NCBI GenBank assembly: GCA_013239625.1 | Contig: MU057356.1 | Span: forward strand, 22,664,043 to 22,728,042 | Direction: 5' to 3' | Source: Lama guanicoe | Lineage: Eukaryota | Length of the DNA: 64,000 bases | Shown here: positions 1 to 14,930 of the stretch, piece by piece | How positions within the stretch are numbered: position 1 is the first letter of the stretch | How the letters are laid out: each line of letters starts with the position of its first letter | Position numbers and translations under genes: made by a program | The notes under the pieces: generated by a model | Databases searched by the model: none | What the model was told of the DNA's origin: nothing | The model's input: only the letters and a program-made list of their open reading frames with translations

Positions 1-834
1 AAAGATCTGGTCCTTTGTGTCTAGTATTTATGATTCACAAGGTGTCAAACAACATTACATGCTGTAATGGGAGCAATCACGTTTCCTGACAGAAATCCCC
101 CTGTCTGCATCTGTTTATTTAGAGATGACACTTGTTACACCCATCAATCCCAGGAATGAAAACCTTCTGGGTTGCAGCTGTCACCTACCATCTTTGGCTT
201 TTAGCTAGTTCTTTAAGCCACCCTCATCTATCTGAGGTCAATGAAATAAAGCGAGCCTCTTTTCAATTCTATCAGTAATCATTAAAGATTTATTGTGTGT
301 TATTTTTGCTCTGGTTAAGTGGCAAGTTGAAAGAGAATGAGTATTATATTTTCTGGTGCCAAGTCACTCATAGGCTTGGTCTTTTGAAAATGAGCAGAAA
401 CAGGGTAACCCACTGAGTACTGTGACCTTATGCTCATGCTCTCTACCAAAGCCCACTAACTGGTTAGAACATGAGAGTGGTGAAAGGGGAGCTGTGTCTT
501 TCACCTGGGACTGAAGGCCACCTGTGATAACTGCCAGATGCCTGCAGACCCAAGAAGGGTTGTTTCTAATAGGCACAGTCAGTAAGATTTCAGATGCCTT
601 AGGAACTTCTCAGGAGGACACTATTTTCCTTGCTTGGACTTGGAGGAACTAGGTGGATCAGAACAACTCTGACTACTATCATATCATAGTAACTACAAGG
701 CCATCATATGGTGATGTAATTAATCTGAAAGAACCAAGTTATATCCATTCTGATCCATCCCCTTAACTAGGCCCCTAGAAAAAAATGAAAAGATTTATAA
801 CAGCGGAAACAAAACTAACACACACATCAGGTAG

Positions 835-1095
835 TATACTATGGAGAAGAAAGCCGAGGCTCTGGAGCCAGATTCTCTGGATTTGAATGCTGATTGTGCT
901 TACTGACTAGCTGTAAGACCATGGACAATTCTCTTAGTCCATGCTATGCCTTGGTTATCTCATCTGTAAAACTGGGGTGGTAATAGTGGTGTCAGTCTCA
1001 GGGAGCTGTGAGGGTTAAGTGAATTAATACTTTGAAGTGTTTTGAACAGCGTCGAGGCCATAGTAGGGGCTTGATAAATGTTAGATATTATTATG
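835..1095 (+). mobile_element. MIR
   Basis: MIR core (ctcatctgtaaaactggggtggtaatag); further MIR-like copies near 5210-5430, 13430-13600, 16600-16760, 17520-17670, 18405-18630, 25160-25385, 29410-29610, 41440-41590, 47580-47800, 56450-56620, 60050-60240. Confidence 0.8.
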
Positions 1096-1842
1096 TTAAC
1101 TACCTTAAGTAATAGGTTAATTCACAACCAACTAATGTAGTATTATGCATGTTGAGAACTCAGAGCACAAATTTATTGATGAAGGCTGGAGAAGTCCCAG
1201 TAGGCTTCATGGAGGTGGTGACACTTGAGCCCAGTTTTGCATACAGGTGGGACTTTCAAGGTGAGAGAAGAACACATACAATGTCTTAGACATATGAATG
1301 AGTTAAGCATTACACATTAGGAGGAAGCTGAGGAATACACTCTCCAAGAGTCAAAACTGCAAGATCCTCAGGCAAAACCTAAAGAGAATAAACACTCAGT
1401 GTTTAAAATTCCACTCAAACTAACTGAGCGATAGTGAAGCAATAAGACAGAATGAGTACATTGCATAAGATAACAGGAAACAATTTTAAAGATAGAGTTA
1501 ATTTATACTAGTACAAGAAAATAAGCACCTTATTGAACAGGAATTTAGTGGAGTTACTGTAACATGAGGAGGACGGTACATACATCAGACTTTAGCTTTC
1601 AAACAACAGAATTCACTCCATCTATTTTAAGTAGAAAAGAAATATTTGAGGGAATATTAACCACTTCCTAGGATAGGGAAGGAAAAGTAGAGTAAAGTTT
1701 AGAGTTACACAGCCCCCCAAAATGCCCAACCATGTTGGGGCTTCCCTAGTTAAAATTCCCTGCCCCCACTGCTCAGCACCTGTCACATTTGGGACTGGAT
1801 CACAGAAGGCCTATCACCGCCATCTCTGAAGTAACAGGTAAG

Positions 1843-2050
1843 TCAGGGGCTGGAAAACTTGTAGGCTAGCCACCTATTTTTGTAAATAGTTTTATGGGAA
1901 TGTAGTCATGCCACTAGCCTACACAGTGTCTGTAGTTGTTTTTGTGCTATAACTGCAGAATTGAATCATGGAGGCAGAGTTCATGTGGCCCACTAAGCTG
2001 AAATATTTACTGCTTGCCCTTTTACAGCATAAGTTTGCCAACCTCTGGCC
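1843..2050. mobile_element. hAT-Charlie MITE (MER58A-like)
   Basis: caggggctggaaaact...agtttgccaacctctg termini; second copy at ~34835-35056. Confidence 0.7.
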
Positions 2051-2586
2051 TAGAAACTTATTTAGCCCTGAGAAGGAAAAGGATCCCAGCCCTAGAATCA
2101 ACAATTAAACGATGGCATCCCCTACCAATCAGCACATTCTCCTCTCTCAGCAGACACAGGTGCCAAAGACAGAAATAGCTTCCAGAGAAAAGAAAACAAG
2201 GGTCTCAGAAGGAAGGATGAGGATGCTTCTAATAATCACAAAGCACTGGAAGAAAACTAAGTACGAAAAATAAAGATACATAGAAGATAAAATAACCCAT
2301 AAAGAAAAAAAATCAAACCAAACAGAAGAATACCTTAAAGTTAGTATAATGAACATCCCTAGAAGCTTGAGAAGGTATTGCATTCAGAAAATAAGAAGGG
2401 TTCACTACTCAATAAAAGCATGAAAAAATTAAAAAATGTGATCATAAAAAACAAGAGATGAATGTACACAGATAAAAGAGAGTGAGTAAAAATATTCCCA
2501 GAAAACACTTCAAAATGGCAAAGAATTGGGAAGTATGAGAGAAAATTTAAGTGGTATGAAGGACAGATTAAAAGTTCCCATTTCCA

Positions 2587-3061
2587 GATANNNNNNNNNN
2601 NNNNNNNNNNNNNNNNNNNNNNNNNNNNNNNNNNNNNNNNNNNNNNNNNNNNNNNNNNNNNNNNNNNNNNNNNNNNNNNNNNNNNNNNNNNNNNNNNNNN
2701 NNNNNNNNNNNNNNNNNNNNNNNNNNNNNNNNNNNNNNNNNNNNNNNNNNNATGGATGGACCTAGAGATCATTATAGTAAGTGAAGTAAGACAAAGACAA
2801 ATATCATATGATATTCCACTTACATGTGGAATCTTAAAAAATGACACAAATGAACTTATTTATAAAACAGAAACAGATTCACGTAGAAAACAAACTTATG
2901 GTTACCAAAGGGGAAAGGCGGGTAGGGATACATTAGGAGTTTGGGATTTGCAGATACTAACTTCTATATGTAAAATAAACAACAAGAACCTACTGTATAG
3001 CACAGGGAACTAAATTCAATAGCTTGTAATAACCTATAATGAAAAAGAATCTTAAAAAAGA

Positions 3062-3093
<32 letters not shown>

Positions 3094-3208
3094 CTGAATA
3101 TATATATATATAACTGAATATATATACATATATATATATAAAACTGAATCATTATGCTGTACACCAGAAACTAACCCAACATTGTAAATCCATTATACTT
3201 CAATAAAA
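2587..3208 (+). mobile_element. 5'-truncated young L1 3' end with TSD
   Basis: MDLEIIIVSEVRQ ORF2 C-terminus, 3'UTR, A-tail; TSD aaagtt(c/t)ccatttcca at 2571-2586 and 3209-3224; internal (TA)n and gap. Confidence 0.9.
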
Positions 3209-3229
3209 AAAGTTTCCATTTCCATCCCA

Positions 3230-5190
3230 AAATAGAAAATAAAGAACAAGATGAAGATGGGGGCCAGGGATAACCTAAGGGGAAAAAAAGGATCTTTACA
3301 TTAAATAGTGAGCAGTTTGAATGCTGAGCAGGATAAATAGGAAAAGTCTCTTGTTTCTATACATTTTGATGAAATGTAAGACACCAACCATGGAAAATCT
3401 TAAAACTCACAGAGGAGAATCGTACCATTTACTTAGGATTAGAGCTAGAGTTACCTCAAAGAAATAAGAATCAAGTTGGCATCAGATGTTTCACTGACAC
3501 ATTGGATCCCAGAATAATGAAGCAGAAATGAGAAAAAAGACATAATTATAATTATGGATAAAATTTTTAAGTTATAAGAGAATACTATATGAAAAATCAT
3601 TATGAAATGAAAATTTTATGGGAAAGTGGTACCCAAACTGTCTAAAGAATAGAAAAAAATGTACAAACCTGTGGAAAAACTGAAAAGATACCCAAATATC
3701 TAAGTCATAAAAAGAAGCAGTGTTCTACTCTTCCATAGATTAGAGCTGCTACATTTTTCAAGAGCACATAATTTTATAAACTTTCATGAAGATAGAAAAA
3801 AAGGGAGGTTTCCTAACTCAGGCTGAGGTTAGCATCACTCTTATACCCAAAACACAAAAGACTGACATGGAGAAGGGAAAGTGTCAGCAAACTTCACCTT
3901 TAAACAAAGATGCAAAAATCCTAAATAACAGGTTAGTAAATCAATTCCAAGGATACATAAAATGAATACAATAACTCATACTATTTTATTGCTCCATTTC
4001 CCCTCCTCCATTAACTTGGAAGTTATAGTTTTCTCCATTTGTTAGTTACGTGGTGCTTTTGAGACTATAACATTTTTCTCTAGCTTTTTAGTTATTCTCA
4101 GTAGAAAGGTTGGTCTAAATTACAAAGTCTACCATTCCTAGAAACAGAGCCTCTAGAACCCTGTCTTTGAAAAAAAAATCATTCATTGTCCTGAAATATC
4201 ATACATAAACAAGAATTCTAAATGGAATCTATACTAGGGGAAATATGAAGAATTTTCTGTATCATTTTCCTGGCCAAAGGTAGTGGTTAGAATAAAAGGA
4301 GGAGGATTTTTTTCCAAGCAAGACATAAAGCCCAGATGCTATAAAGAAAAAAGATTAATAAACTTGATCACATAAACATTTAAACCTATTAAAATTTACA
4401 TTAAACTCACTACAAATTTACAATTACAAATTTAAATTCATTTGACAAAGGACCTTATAAATAATGCTAAGAAACAGGAGACAACTTGAGAGAAGATATT
4501 TAAAGCCCATACAACAAAGAATAATGTCTATAACATGAAAGGAGGATTTACAAATCAATAAGAAAATGACAAGGAAATGGCTCCCCTCTCAAATGAGCCA
4601 AATTTATCAACAAACAATTCACAGAACGAAAAGTGAAAATGATGAATAAATCCATGAGGTGAAGCCAACCTACAAATAAACTAGTACTAGCAAATGCTGT
4701 TAACCATAGCAAAATAGGCATTTACCTTTAGCCAGCATTTTATCTCTGATTATCTACCCTCAGATTCACATATGTTTATTAAGATGCTTATTTGTGAAAT
4801 CCTCAATGTCCCTCAGTGACTAAATATAGGTTAAACATCTGAACTATGAATGACTATGTAACTGTTATAAGTATTAGGGTAGAGTTACATATGCTTTAGG
4901 AAAATACCACTATGAAAGGATATTAGGTAAAAAAAAGTGAGTTTGAGAACTTTTCCTTTCCATTTATGTAAAAAAAAGCTCATGTGTATTTGTGCATACA
5001 TATTTATAAATGTTAAAACAAAACTAGAAGGATGAACATCAAATTGTTAGCAATGTTTGCGTGTGGGAGGCATTTGAGAGTTCCATGTGGGTGAGTGGGG
5101 ATTTTCACATGTTTTCCTACATAACAATATATTTCTTGACTATTTTATAATGAGCTGTATTCATTCATTACTTATGTATTAAAAGAAAGA
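3230..5190 (+). mobile_element. Old fragmented L1 (L1M-type)
   Basis: A-rich decayed ORF-like and 3'UTR sequence (e.g. gatgcaaaaatcctaaataa); continues 2200-2586. Confidence 0.65.
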
Positions 5191-5702
5191 CGTATGGTAC
5201 ATAGGCTGTGAGATACAATTAGAGGAGCCTGAGTTTTGGAATCAAGCAAACTTGGCTTCTGTGATCCTGGCTTTTTCTCGCTGGCTCTGTGAATTTAGGC
5301 AAGTCACTCAGGCTCTCTGAACCTTCACTTGAATTTATACACCTTTAAAATGAGGGTAACTGAGTAAAAACATGTAGGTCAATGTCAACCAGTGCTTTGT
5401 GTGTGGTAGGTTCACAAACTTGCTGTGTTCCTTCTGTCCGGGAAGAGTGAAAAATAAGCAGAGACCTTGTCTTCACAACTTTGAAAGTGAGGAAGAATGA
5501 CTTAGCCTTCATTTGGTAAGCAAAAGAGCCACTGTAAAATCTGGGGAGTGACTTGATCCAAAAGATGTCTTAGGAAGATTAGTTTGACGATTCTAGAGAG
5601 AAAAACAAGAGCATTGGCAGAGCTTTCTCTCCTTTTCTGTATAAATGGTGACACTGTAGAACTGGAAACCTTTAGGATGCATCTTTTGTCTCTCATTTTC
5701 AG

Positions 5703-8700
5703 ACATGACCTAGCTGAGGATCTGGGCAAAAGGAAGGTCCCCAGGGAAGCCCTTAGCTCCGTAGTGTTATTTGATCCTCTCAGAATCAGCATCGTGGCTG
5801 AGCTCCAGTGGAGTCAGTTTCTCTTATTGCTTTTCACTAGGACTGTCTGTTTTTCTTTCAGCTTTCGAAGTGGCTGCTGCAGACACCAAAGCACAACCAA
5901 TTATTCCCTAGCAAGCCAAAGGAGACTTTGAAGGTAGACCTGGTTTAGACATAGCAGAAAATTCTGTTGTAACAAATACTCCAAAAAAGATTTCTCAAAG
6001 TTAGGAGAGACTCTCTGTGCTTCCAGGGAGCTGATATTCTGGCAAGATATTCTCACATGGCAAGTCCAGATCAGCCTAGCTGAGGCCCAGGGCTCCTACC
6101 TGGTCATTCAGGGTAACCCTCATGTCCCAACATATGCCATCTAGAGGATAACACTTGTCTGTGGTCCACTTAATGAAAATAGCAACCATAATGAATAAAT
6201 CTGCTTGCTAACTTGGAGTCTGCAAATCCTACAAATATCTACCAATAAGAAAAAGGCCATGCTTCTTAACAAGTTTCTGTCTAGGGCTCTCTCACTCTAT
6301 ATTTTTGTCTTCATCTCCTCTCCAGAAAGAAACCATCCTGGATGAATTTCTAGATTTTGGTGGTATGAGCTGAGCTCAGCCTTGTGAAGGCAGGGGATAG
6401 ATATTAAACTTTTTGATGTTCAGCATGCTATCAAGTCATGACACTGACCATATTAGCTCCCAAAGATGTGGAAATAAAAATATCTTCAGGTGATGCTGAC
6501 AATGGATTGGCTGAAGTGGATAAAATGTTACGACAGCAACTGCTGTATGCCTCTGTGTACACTCTGTAAGTCATTCAACAATCTTCTCTGAGAACCACAC
6601 CTATGCAGGTGCCTTGGTATATGTTCTATGCTGCAGCATGAACACTGAATTTACACAAAGATCACACTGAGATGGCCTTAGGTGCTGTGCTGCCTAGAAG
6701 GTAAAGAAGTCAAAGTAAGCATCCAGAGGCTTTGGAAGTAGGAATGACAGAGTAGACAATACAAATTGCATAACCGAAGGCTGAGGTCCATGACATTGCT
6801 TTAATATTGTTCTTTTCTCTTCCCTAGGATTCAGCCTAACCGTCACATCCTCATTTCCCAGCTCTCACTAGATTCTCCTGAAAGACGTGTAAATTGTGTG
6901 AAGCTGTTTTCAAGGCCACATGGTCTAGGAGAAAGTATATGAGACTACTTTTCTAGTTAAGAGTCCTGTTTTACAGTTTTCCTCTTCAGTTGGCCTGTAT
7001 GGCATTATATCCATTTTCTGACTTCTCCGCACCTCAGCAGCTCTTCCCATAAAGCTGATTTTAAAAAAAAATTGTACAGAAGTGTATGTTTCTGACCAAG
7101 ATGGTAAAACAAGGCATGGATTTATCCTCCTGCTTTAAACAATTAAAAAAATTAACAAAATGTGTGAAAAAAAATGGCTCTTAAGACATTGAACACAAAG
7201 TATCAAAGGACAAATCCCTGAGAAACACAAACAAATGAAATGAGCTCTACAATTGCCCCAATTACTGCCTGGAGAGAGTCTCTGGGCTAAAGTCAGGGAG
7301 GGCAAACCCAGGCAGAGATTCGAGGTCTGAGTTGAGATGGTCGAGCTGAATGTTTAAGGAAGCCAATGAAGCTGGAGTTCACAAGGTAGGGTACCAAAGA
7401 AGAGAGATCTAATCAGAGAGAGAAACTGGAAGAGCTTGAGAGTGACCTCCTTGAGTATTCAGTTAAGTACTGATCAAAACACATATGCAGGAAAACTGTC
7501 TGCGCCCAGGGGAAGAACCACTAAAAGGATTAGAGGGAACAATGTCTTGAGCTCACACAAGGCTGGAAATAGTGTTGATCCCCATTAATCAGAATGGAAA
7601 ACTTCATAATTCATGGGGCACTGAATATATAATGAAAAAGAGTCTTATCTGAGTTGTGAGGCATAATTAGCCCTTGACTAAATGCTACTGTCCAACTATA
7701 AAAGCTTAAAAGCAAGACCTAAACAATCAAATTGCTTCTAGTAATGCAATTGTGTCCCAGAACAAAGCTCATGAATATTTTTAGGAAACTAAGGCAAAAT
7801 TAACAATGTCTGGCATCCAATCTAATGTTATCAGGCATCTAGAGAGGCAGGAAAATACAACCCCTATGAAGGAAAAAATTAGTCCATTGAAACTAACTCA
7901 GAAATGACAGAGGTGATAGAATTAGCAGTCAAGGACATTAATAGAGTTACTATAACACCATTCCACATGATCACCAAGCTAGAGGAAAGACTGATTATGC
8001 TAAGAAAGACATAGTGTACATAAAAATAAAAATTCTAAAGTCAAAAACTATTATGTCTGAGGTGAAGAATATACTGGATGGAACTGATTACACTTAACAT
8101 TGCAGAAGAAAAGACTAACGAACTTAAAGATAGAAAAATAAACTATCTGAAATGAAATGGAGATAAAAAGGACTTACCATAAAAGTGGGCAGAACATCAG
8201 AGAACTGAGGGACAACCTGAACTAGCCAAAGGTAAGTATAATGGGAATCTGAAGGAGAAATGGGGAAGGAGACAGGAAAAAAAACTTGAGTTAATAATGG
8301 CTGAGAGTTTCTAAATTTGAGGAAAATTATAACCCACAGATCTGAGAAGCTCAATAAACTCAAGCACAAGAAAGACAAAGAAAACTATATCATGGCAAAT
8401 CACTATCAAGTTTCTTAAAACCAGGGATAAAAGAAATGCAGTCAGACAAAAAAGGTACATTGCATATATATATGAACAATGGCAAAGATGATAGCAGATT
8501 TCTTGTTTGAAATCTTATTATCTTATTTGATTTCTTGTTTTTAAGTTAAAAGACAATGAAGCCACAGCTTTAAATCACTGAGAGAAAAGCAATCAATCCA
8601 AAATTCTTTATTCCACTAAAATATCTTGCCAAGGCAAAGGCAAAATAAAGGCTTTTTATATATGCAAAAGCTGAAATAATTCAACACCAACAGATCTTCC

Positions 8701-10574
8701 CTGTAAGAATTGGACAAATAAGTCTTTCACACAGAAATAAAATTATAAAATACTTAGATAAAAGCACAGATATACACAAAATAATAAAATGCATCAGAAA
8801 TGTTTACAGGAGATGAAGGGGAAAAAGGTCAACTACACCATGAAGAAGCAATTAGCAATATCCAGAACATTGGGACATTTTTCAAATACCCTCACTTTAA
8901 TTTCTTTAAGAAACAAAACAAACAAATCAAACAATAATGGCTAGAATGTGAACTGATTATGAAAAGACTTGACGATAATCTCTATACACCTACTGCAATG
9001 ACTAAAAATTTAAAACACTGAAAATGCAAAATGTTGGCTGGGATGTGATTCAATCAAAACTCTCACACACCACTGACAAGAGCGTAAAAGGTACGACCAC
9101 TTAGAAAAACTCTTTAGTAGTTTTATACAATGTATGTTTACATGCATTTTACCATATTATGAACAAGCAATTTCAATCCCAGGTATTTACACTAGAAAAA
9201 TGAAACTTGCATTCATAATAGGACTTAAAAGAGAATGTTCATAGCACCTTTATTCATAGTAGCCTCAAACTAGAAACCTAATCAACAGGTAAATGGATAA
9301 GCAAATCTTGGTATACTCATTCAATGGAATAATATTTAGTAATAAGAAGCAATATATTACTAATACATAACTAATGAAAGGAAAAAAAAAGAGTGAATCC
9401 CCAAAACATTAAGCTGAGCAAAAAAACTAGACACAAAAGGGGTATATACTTTTTAGTAACACCCATATGAAGTTCTAGAACCATCAAAACCAATCTATGA
9501 ATAGTGATTATACATAAATGATACCTCAACTTAAAAGAATGGAGACAAAGAGTATAATACACCAAATATGTGGACCCTATTTAGACCCTAATACAAAAGA
9601 AAACCTGACTGTAAAACAATTTTTTTAGACAGAAATATGAAAACGGACAGACAGATGATATCAAAAAATTATTGCTAATTTTGTCTAGGTGACAAAATTG
9701 ACCTGGTTATGTAAGAAAACATCTATTTTCATTCTTATCTGGAAAATATTTGGGCAAGATAACATGATACCAGGGATTTGCTTTAAAATGTAAGCAATTT
9801 AAAAAAGCAAAGAAGGGAAAAAGGAAGGCTAGATGAAGCAAGCACAACAAAATGTTATCTGTTGAACTAGGTAATGGATAAATATGGATCCATTAGAGTA
9901 AACTCATATATATATATATATGTATCATATGTGTGTGTAAAAATTATTCTAATAAAAAATGTAAAATGTATACCCCACAAAGACTTCCCAAGAGATGTGA
10001 AAAATGTGTTTTAAAAGACGATTTGTATCTAATAGAAACTAAACTTTCCTTCTCTGGAGATTTTTCAGGAATTGACACAAGTTCCAGCTAGTGCCTCCTT
10101 GGACAAAGATCTTCTTTGGCCCTGGTGTTGCCGGTGGTGTGGGTTCCATGTCAACCTCTAGGCTCCCCTTCAGGCGCTCAGGAGAAGAATCCCTCCTGGC
10201 TGTGTTTTATTTAATGACACCTAAATTCCATATACCCTACATTTCAGGTAGTGATTATAACTCAGGCTGATGTGAACTGACCTCAAGGGTTATTTCACGT
10301 TAGTTGTCTCCATACCTTTTTATCACACACCCTTATGAGCTAAAAAAAAAAATGGGTGAGCATTCCCAAAATAGGTATACTTTTTTATTTACACATTTCA
10401 TGCACACACATACACACACCAATATTCTGATATATTTTGTACATGATAAAATTGAAATAAAAATATAGGATAAAGGTGAAATGAATACTATTCTAAAATT
10501 TCTTACTAATCTCAGTAGCTTCATGATATCATTCGTCTCAAAACGATATCACAAATCCATCAAAAGACAATCAG
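5703..10574 (+). other. Tentative phase-compatible exon chain of unknown identity
   Basis: AG/GT-bounded segments 5703-5736, 5862-5933, 6326-6362, 6424-6565, 6828-~6888, 10519-10574 join without stops; no recognised homology; one intron is only 61 nt. Confidence 0.25.
7085..9960 (+). mobile_element. Old L1M composite (5' region/ORF1 plus 3' end fragments)
   Basis: ccaagatgg start, ORF1-like A-rich body, ORF2 3' motifs (atgttcatagcacctttattc). Confidence 0.75.
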
Positions 10575-13500
10575 GTAGGGCAAGATTTTCATTAACAACA
10601 GTAAGGATGATTTACCTTAGAGTAAGGCAGTTACCCCAGAACTTGCATTTGAGGAAAGCAGTGGCTCTGCAGATCCCCCACTGGTCAAAAGGGGAGGGGG
10701 CTTCCCTCTGGCACTAAATGTGATCTGAATCTTTCATCTGTACAGAGTCCTTCCATGTGCTTTACACGGCAGGACCTGCTCCTCCTGCCTTACCCCACTG
10801 CTCAGGCTACCCATTTACGCCTTACTTTCTTTCCCAATTTCCCAGTCTACAATGGTACAGATAGGCAGTGGTTGATCCAGTTCTCCCAAGGCTTCCTCTG
10901 TTCCTCTGAACCTGTTTTCTTTGCCTAGCATCCTAGCTGATCTGTCTCCCCTCTTGAATCTTGCTGCCCTGAACTGTCAGATAAAACTTGCCAAGATCCC
11001 ATGTTACCCACATAAAAAGTCCCATGCGTCTCTATCTGGCAGACCATCCTCAAATCCAACTTTATTTCCCATTGCTTATTTCTACTGTCATTAATTCTCC
11101 TGATCCCTTTCCTGTCCCCAGGTATTCAAGTCACATTTCTGCATCTTAGTTTTGTTTATGTTTTTTCCTCTGTCTGAAATGCCCTGTCCTCTCTCTCTAC
11201 CTTCCTTAATGATCCTTAGCTTTAAGTCCCAGTTTAGGTATCATCTCTCCACAAGGCATTTTTGGACCATTCTGGCCCCTTTAGAATTCTGTCTTCTCCT
11301 AAAAATAAAGATAAAAACAAAACCCAAAAGTACAGTATGGTAGTTATTGATATTCTTTCTCATGTTGTTATTAGACAACAATTTACATGCCTTTTATTTA
11401 TTTATTTTTTGGTCTAGTCTAGACATAATATAGATGCTGAATAAAGTAAGAGAATGAATGAATTACTCCATCATCTATTGTCCTCTCTGCAATGCTATCT
11501 TATCCCGATACCTTTTTCTAAAAGGACATATGGCAGCGAAATTGTGGGGATTAGAAAAATCTGCAAGGGTCATTGTATTGCCTGAACTATGAAAACTACA
11601 GTCCTGTTTTCCATGACAATTGATTTGTCACCTCTCCCTGACCTCACTTCTTCTGCCAAGCTGTCTTGCATTGTGTGAACTCTCTAGTAACACAGTTGAT
11701 TTTGTCTCTCTTCTTGTCCCCCGGTCTCCTTTCTGGCCCAAGCTTGGGCAAGCAGGGCACCTCGGAGGCAGCACTTACCCACCTCTTCAGGATGAATCCA
11801 CAACCTGCAACCCCTGAAGAAGGACACAGGTCTGGAGTAGGTTGAAAAATCAACTCCAGAGGAGCCAGATCAGGCTACTGAGGCTAGGAACAGAATTACA
11901 GAAAAGATCAGACACTGATGTGAAAGGAATAATGTCAGGAAAGGTGGGCTCTGGACATTATTTGGAGAGGAAATCACAAGAGCCAGCATGTCATCTGCTG
12001 TCTCTTAACTTCCTGCTGGGGACTAAGAGATGGACAATTTCCTTATAGATATTTTTCCTACAGAGTGGATAGTGGTCAGCATGGCTAGGGTGGAACCAAG
12101 TAACTGAGTAGGTTTCACCTAGGCAAGGGAGGAGTAACAAAGAGAATGGAATGTCTATCCAATAACTTAAGCATTTCTGTTAAAAATAAACCCTTTAAAA
12201 TAAAAGCAACAGACAAAACACTAATTCCCAATAAGTGTATTAGGCAGATCAATTTAGTGCTCCTAGATTCGAGTTGGTATTGTCTCTATAGGAACATGAA
12301 CATACTTTAAATGCTTCATCTAATGCTGAATTTCCTAAATTTTTAAGGGCTTATTAAGCACATGCCTTGTGTTTAACATTGGAAATATAAAAACTATTCT
12401 TTTACCAATTTCTCTGGGAATTCTATTTTAATCTTTTTTCATGGAGACCTCAAAGGTGCTCTAGTAAACAGGTAAATACAGATTTTAAATCTGCTGCTTT
12501 AAAATGGATAGGCGTGTGAGGATCAGATAAGGCCACAAGATTTAGGGGAAAGTCAGTGCAAGCAGGAAAGGCCTGAGGACTGTAGCATGATAAATAGCTT
12601 GAGCAGAATGTGAGCACAAGTAGCTGATGAAATTTTAAAAAAAGGAGGAGGAGAAGGAGAGAGTGCTAACATCTTGGTTGCATGCCCGACTGATAGGGAA
12701 CCATGAGCCATATCAAACAATGTTACCACGTATTTATAGCTTGCCTATCTGTGCTACCATATAAATAAAATAGTTGTGTTTTGCTGTATTTCAATATTTA
12801 TTATATCCGATTCCCTTTTTTTTCCCCATTAAAAATAGTGTTTGTCCTCTAAATGGCTTGATGTGCTAAAAAGGCATTTAGGATACATAGAGAACACAGG
12901 GAATGTGAAAGGAAAGGGAGCTCCTATACAGACAAGTGTGCCTGAAGCACAGACGTGCAGCTTAGAGAATAATTACAAAGTCCGTAACCACAGTGCCATC
13001 ATCTTCCCAGGTCAAGGACTTGAACTTCGCCAGGACCAGAAGTTCCCTCCATGTCCTTCTTCATCAACACCACATTCCCTCCCCTGAGCTCAGGAAGATA
13101 CTATCTTAGATTCTTCTAAAAGCTTTATAGTTTTGCCTTTTCCATTTAGGATTATAATCACTGCTGAACAGATTTTTGCGTATGAGATGAGGTACAGATC
13201 CAACCTTTTTTTTCCCTTCCTTCCTTGCTTGGATACTCAATTGTCCCATTTTCACCATTTATTAAAAAGACTATCTCCAGTGTGCTGCAGATATCAATTA
13301 CCTGTCTCTAGGCCCTGAATTTATATCCTGTTTTAAAGAGACACTTTAAAAGTTCATTAACTTAAGCCCCTGACTGCTCTAGTTCTCCGTTATTGAGCCT
13401 GTCCTATGTCTGAGTCTCTCTCTCTCTCTCAACCAGCCAATCTTCAGTTACTCTCCATAATAACCCTATTGGGATGCTCTGTTATCCTGAGGTGGTTCAG

Positions 13501-14781
13501 AGGTTAAGTGACTTGCCCAAGGTTGCCCATCCGGTTAGTTACAAAGCCAGCATTCCAAAGTCTGCAATACATTCTAGTCTGAAGCCCAAAACACCTTCCA
13601 TAGTCATGGCCAGCGATCTTGTCTCTGACCATTTCAACCACAGTCTTTAAGGCATCCTGCCTAAAACCTTCCTTCCCTGGCCCATCCTGCCATCCTAAAC
13701 ACAAAGCTTGCTGTGTCTGTCTGTCTGGAGACGTGTCTGCAGATTGGGTTGGAATTCTTTGCCTATTTAAAGAACCAAATATCAGCCAGCCACTCAGGCA
13801 GCCCAAGCCTCAGGCTCTCTGCCCTGTGCTCTTGCCAAGTGATCTTGGCTAGGTCTGGGGTTTTCCCAAAAGGGCTTGATACTTGACACTCACTCTTCAG
13901 CATAATTTTCAACCTGCGATGCTTTCCTGAGCCCATACAGGTAGTTGACTGTGAAGCTTTCCCTTTGTGTGCAAAGAATGTTTCGTCATAAGCCCAGATT
14001 TACTCTTCTCAAAGGTATCAGTGAGGGATGCAGCCTGTGGGAACAGGAGAGCTGATTGGAGGACTGGAAATGGGTCCTTGCATTGACGTACATGTCTTGG
14101 GTTGCCAAGCAAGGGTGTAGTTTCAAAAGGGATAATTATCCAAGGTCGGTTTCAGAGCTGAAATCTGGTTTATCAAACAGAAAGGGTTAGGGGTAATGCT
14201 ATTCACAATGAATTTGCTAAATCCTTGATCATGAAATATTCTCAGAATGTTGGCAATCACTTCTGGGTAACCCCACTTACACAATAGTTCCCAAAGCTGC
14301 CAGACACACTGGTATGAAATGCTTAAGTAAGGTCAACAAACAATGTGGGAGTTCACTGCCTTTCTCTGAAATAACTTACTCTGAATATGAAAAATTTGGA
14401 TACTCTCTCCTGCTACGAGAACACACGTCAGAGCATGGATGCTGATCCCTTGTCCCGTCCCTGTGGCATTGCCGTAGCTTAACACAGCCCCTGTGAGGTT
14501 GCGTGAGGGATGGATACAACATACAGCTTTGTTGTTTAAATGCTTTACTTCTTTTTCCTAAGGCTCCTCATTTGAGATATGGTGGCTGAAGCATTTTGGA
14601 AAGAATAGTTCAGGGTTCATCAGAGCCTATTCCAGGCCTGGTGGCCCCTTGCCACACATCTTTAGGTTTCCTGACAATCTGTCAACAACAAGATGACTTA
14701 GCTCTTAGCACAGGTGGTGACTTCTGCTGGGAAATGAGGTAGACAATGCAAGGCTACTGCTTGGATGTGCAGTGACTTTTC

Positions 14782-14930
14782 CTTTTTTTTTCTTCCCTTT
14801 TTTGAGGGGGAGGGGGCGGTAATTAGGTTTATTTATTATTTTTTTTAAAGGGAGGTACTGGGGATTGAACCCAGAACCTCCTGCATACTGAGCATGTACT
14901 CTACCACTGAGCTATACCTCTCATCCCCCC
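14782..14930 (-). mobile_element. tRNA-derived SINE (camelid-like)
   Basis: Reverse complement has A box (tatagctcagtggtagag) and B box (ggttcaatccc), with an A-rich tail. Confidence 0.85.

Noticed and set aside
5509-5592. Minus-strand terminal exon NRQTNLPKTSFGSSHSPDFTVALLLTK*
   Set aside because: Strong acceptor but no motif linking it to the pseudogene; could be chance
14855-14925. tRNA genes (also ~16165-16235 and ~28640-28705)
   Set aside because: A/B boxes with A-rich tails and target-site-like flanks indicate SINEs, not tRNAs
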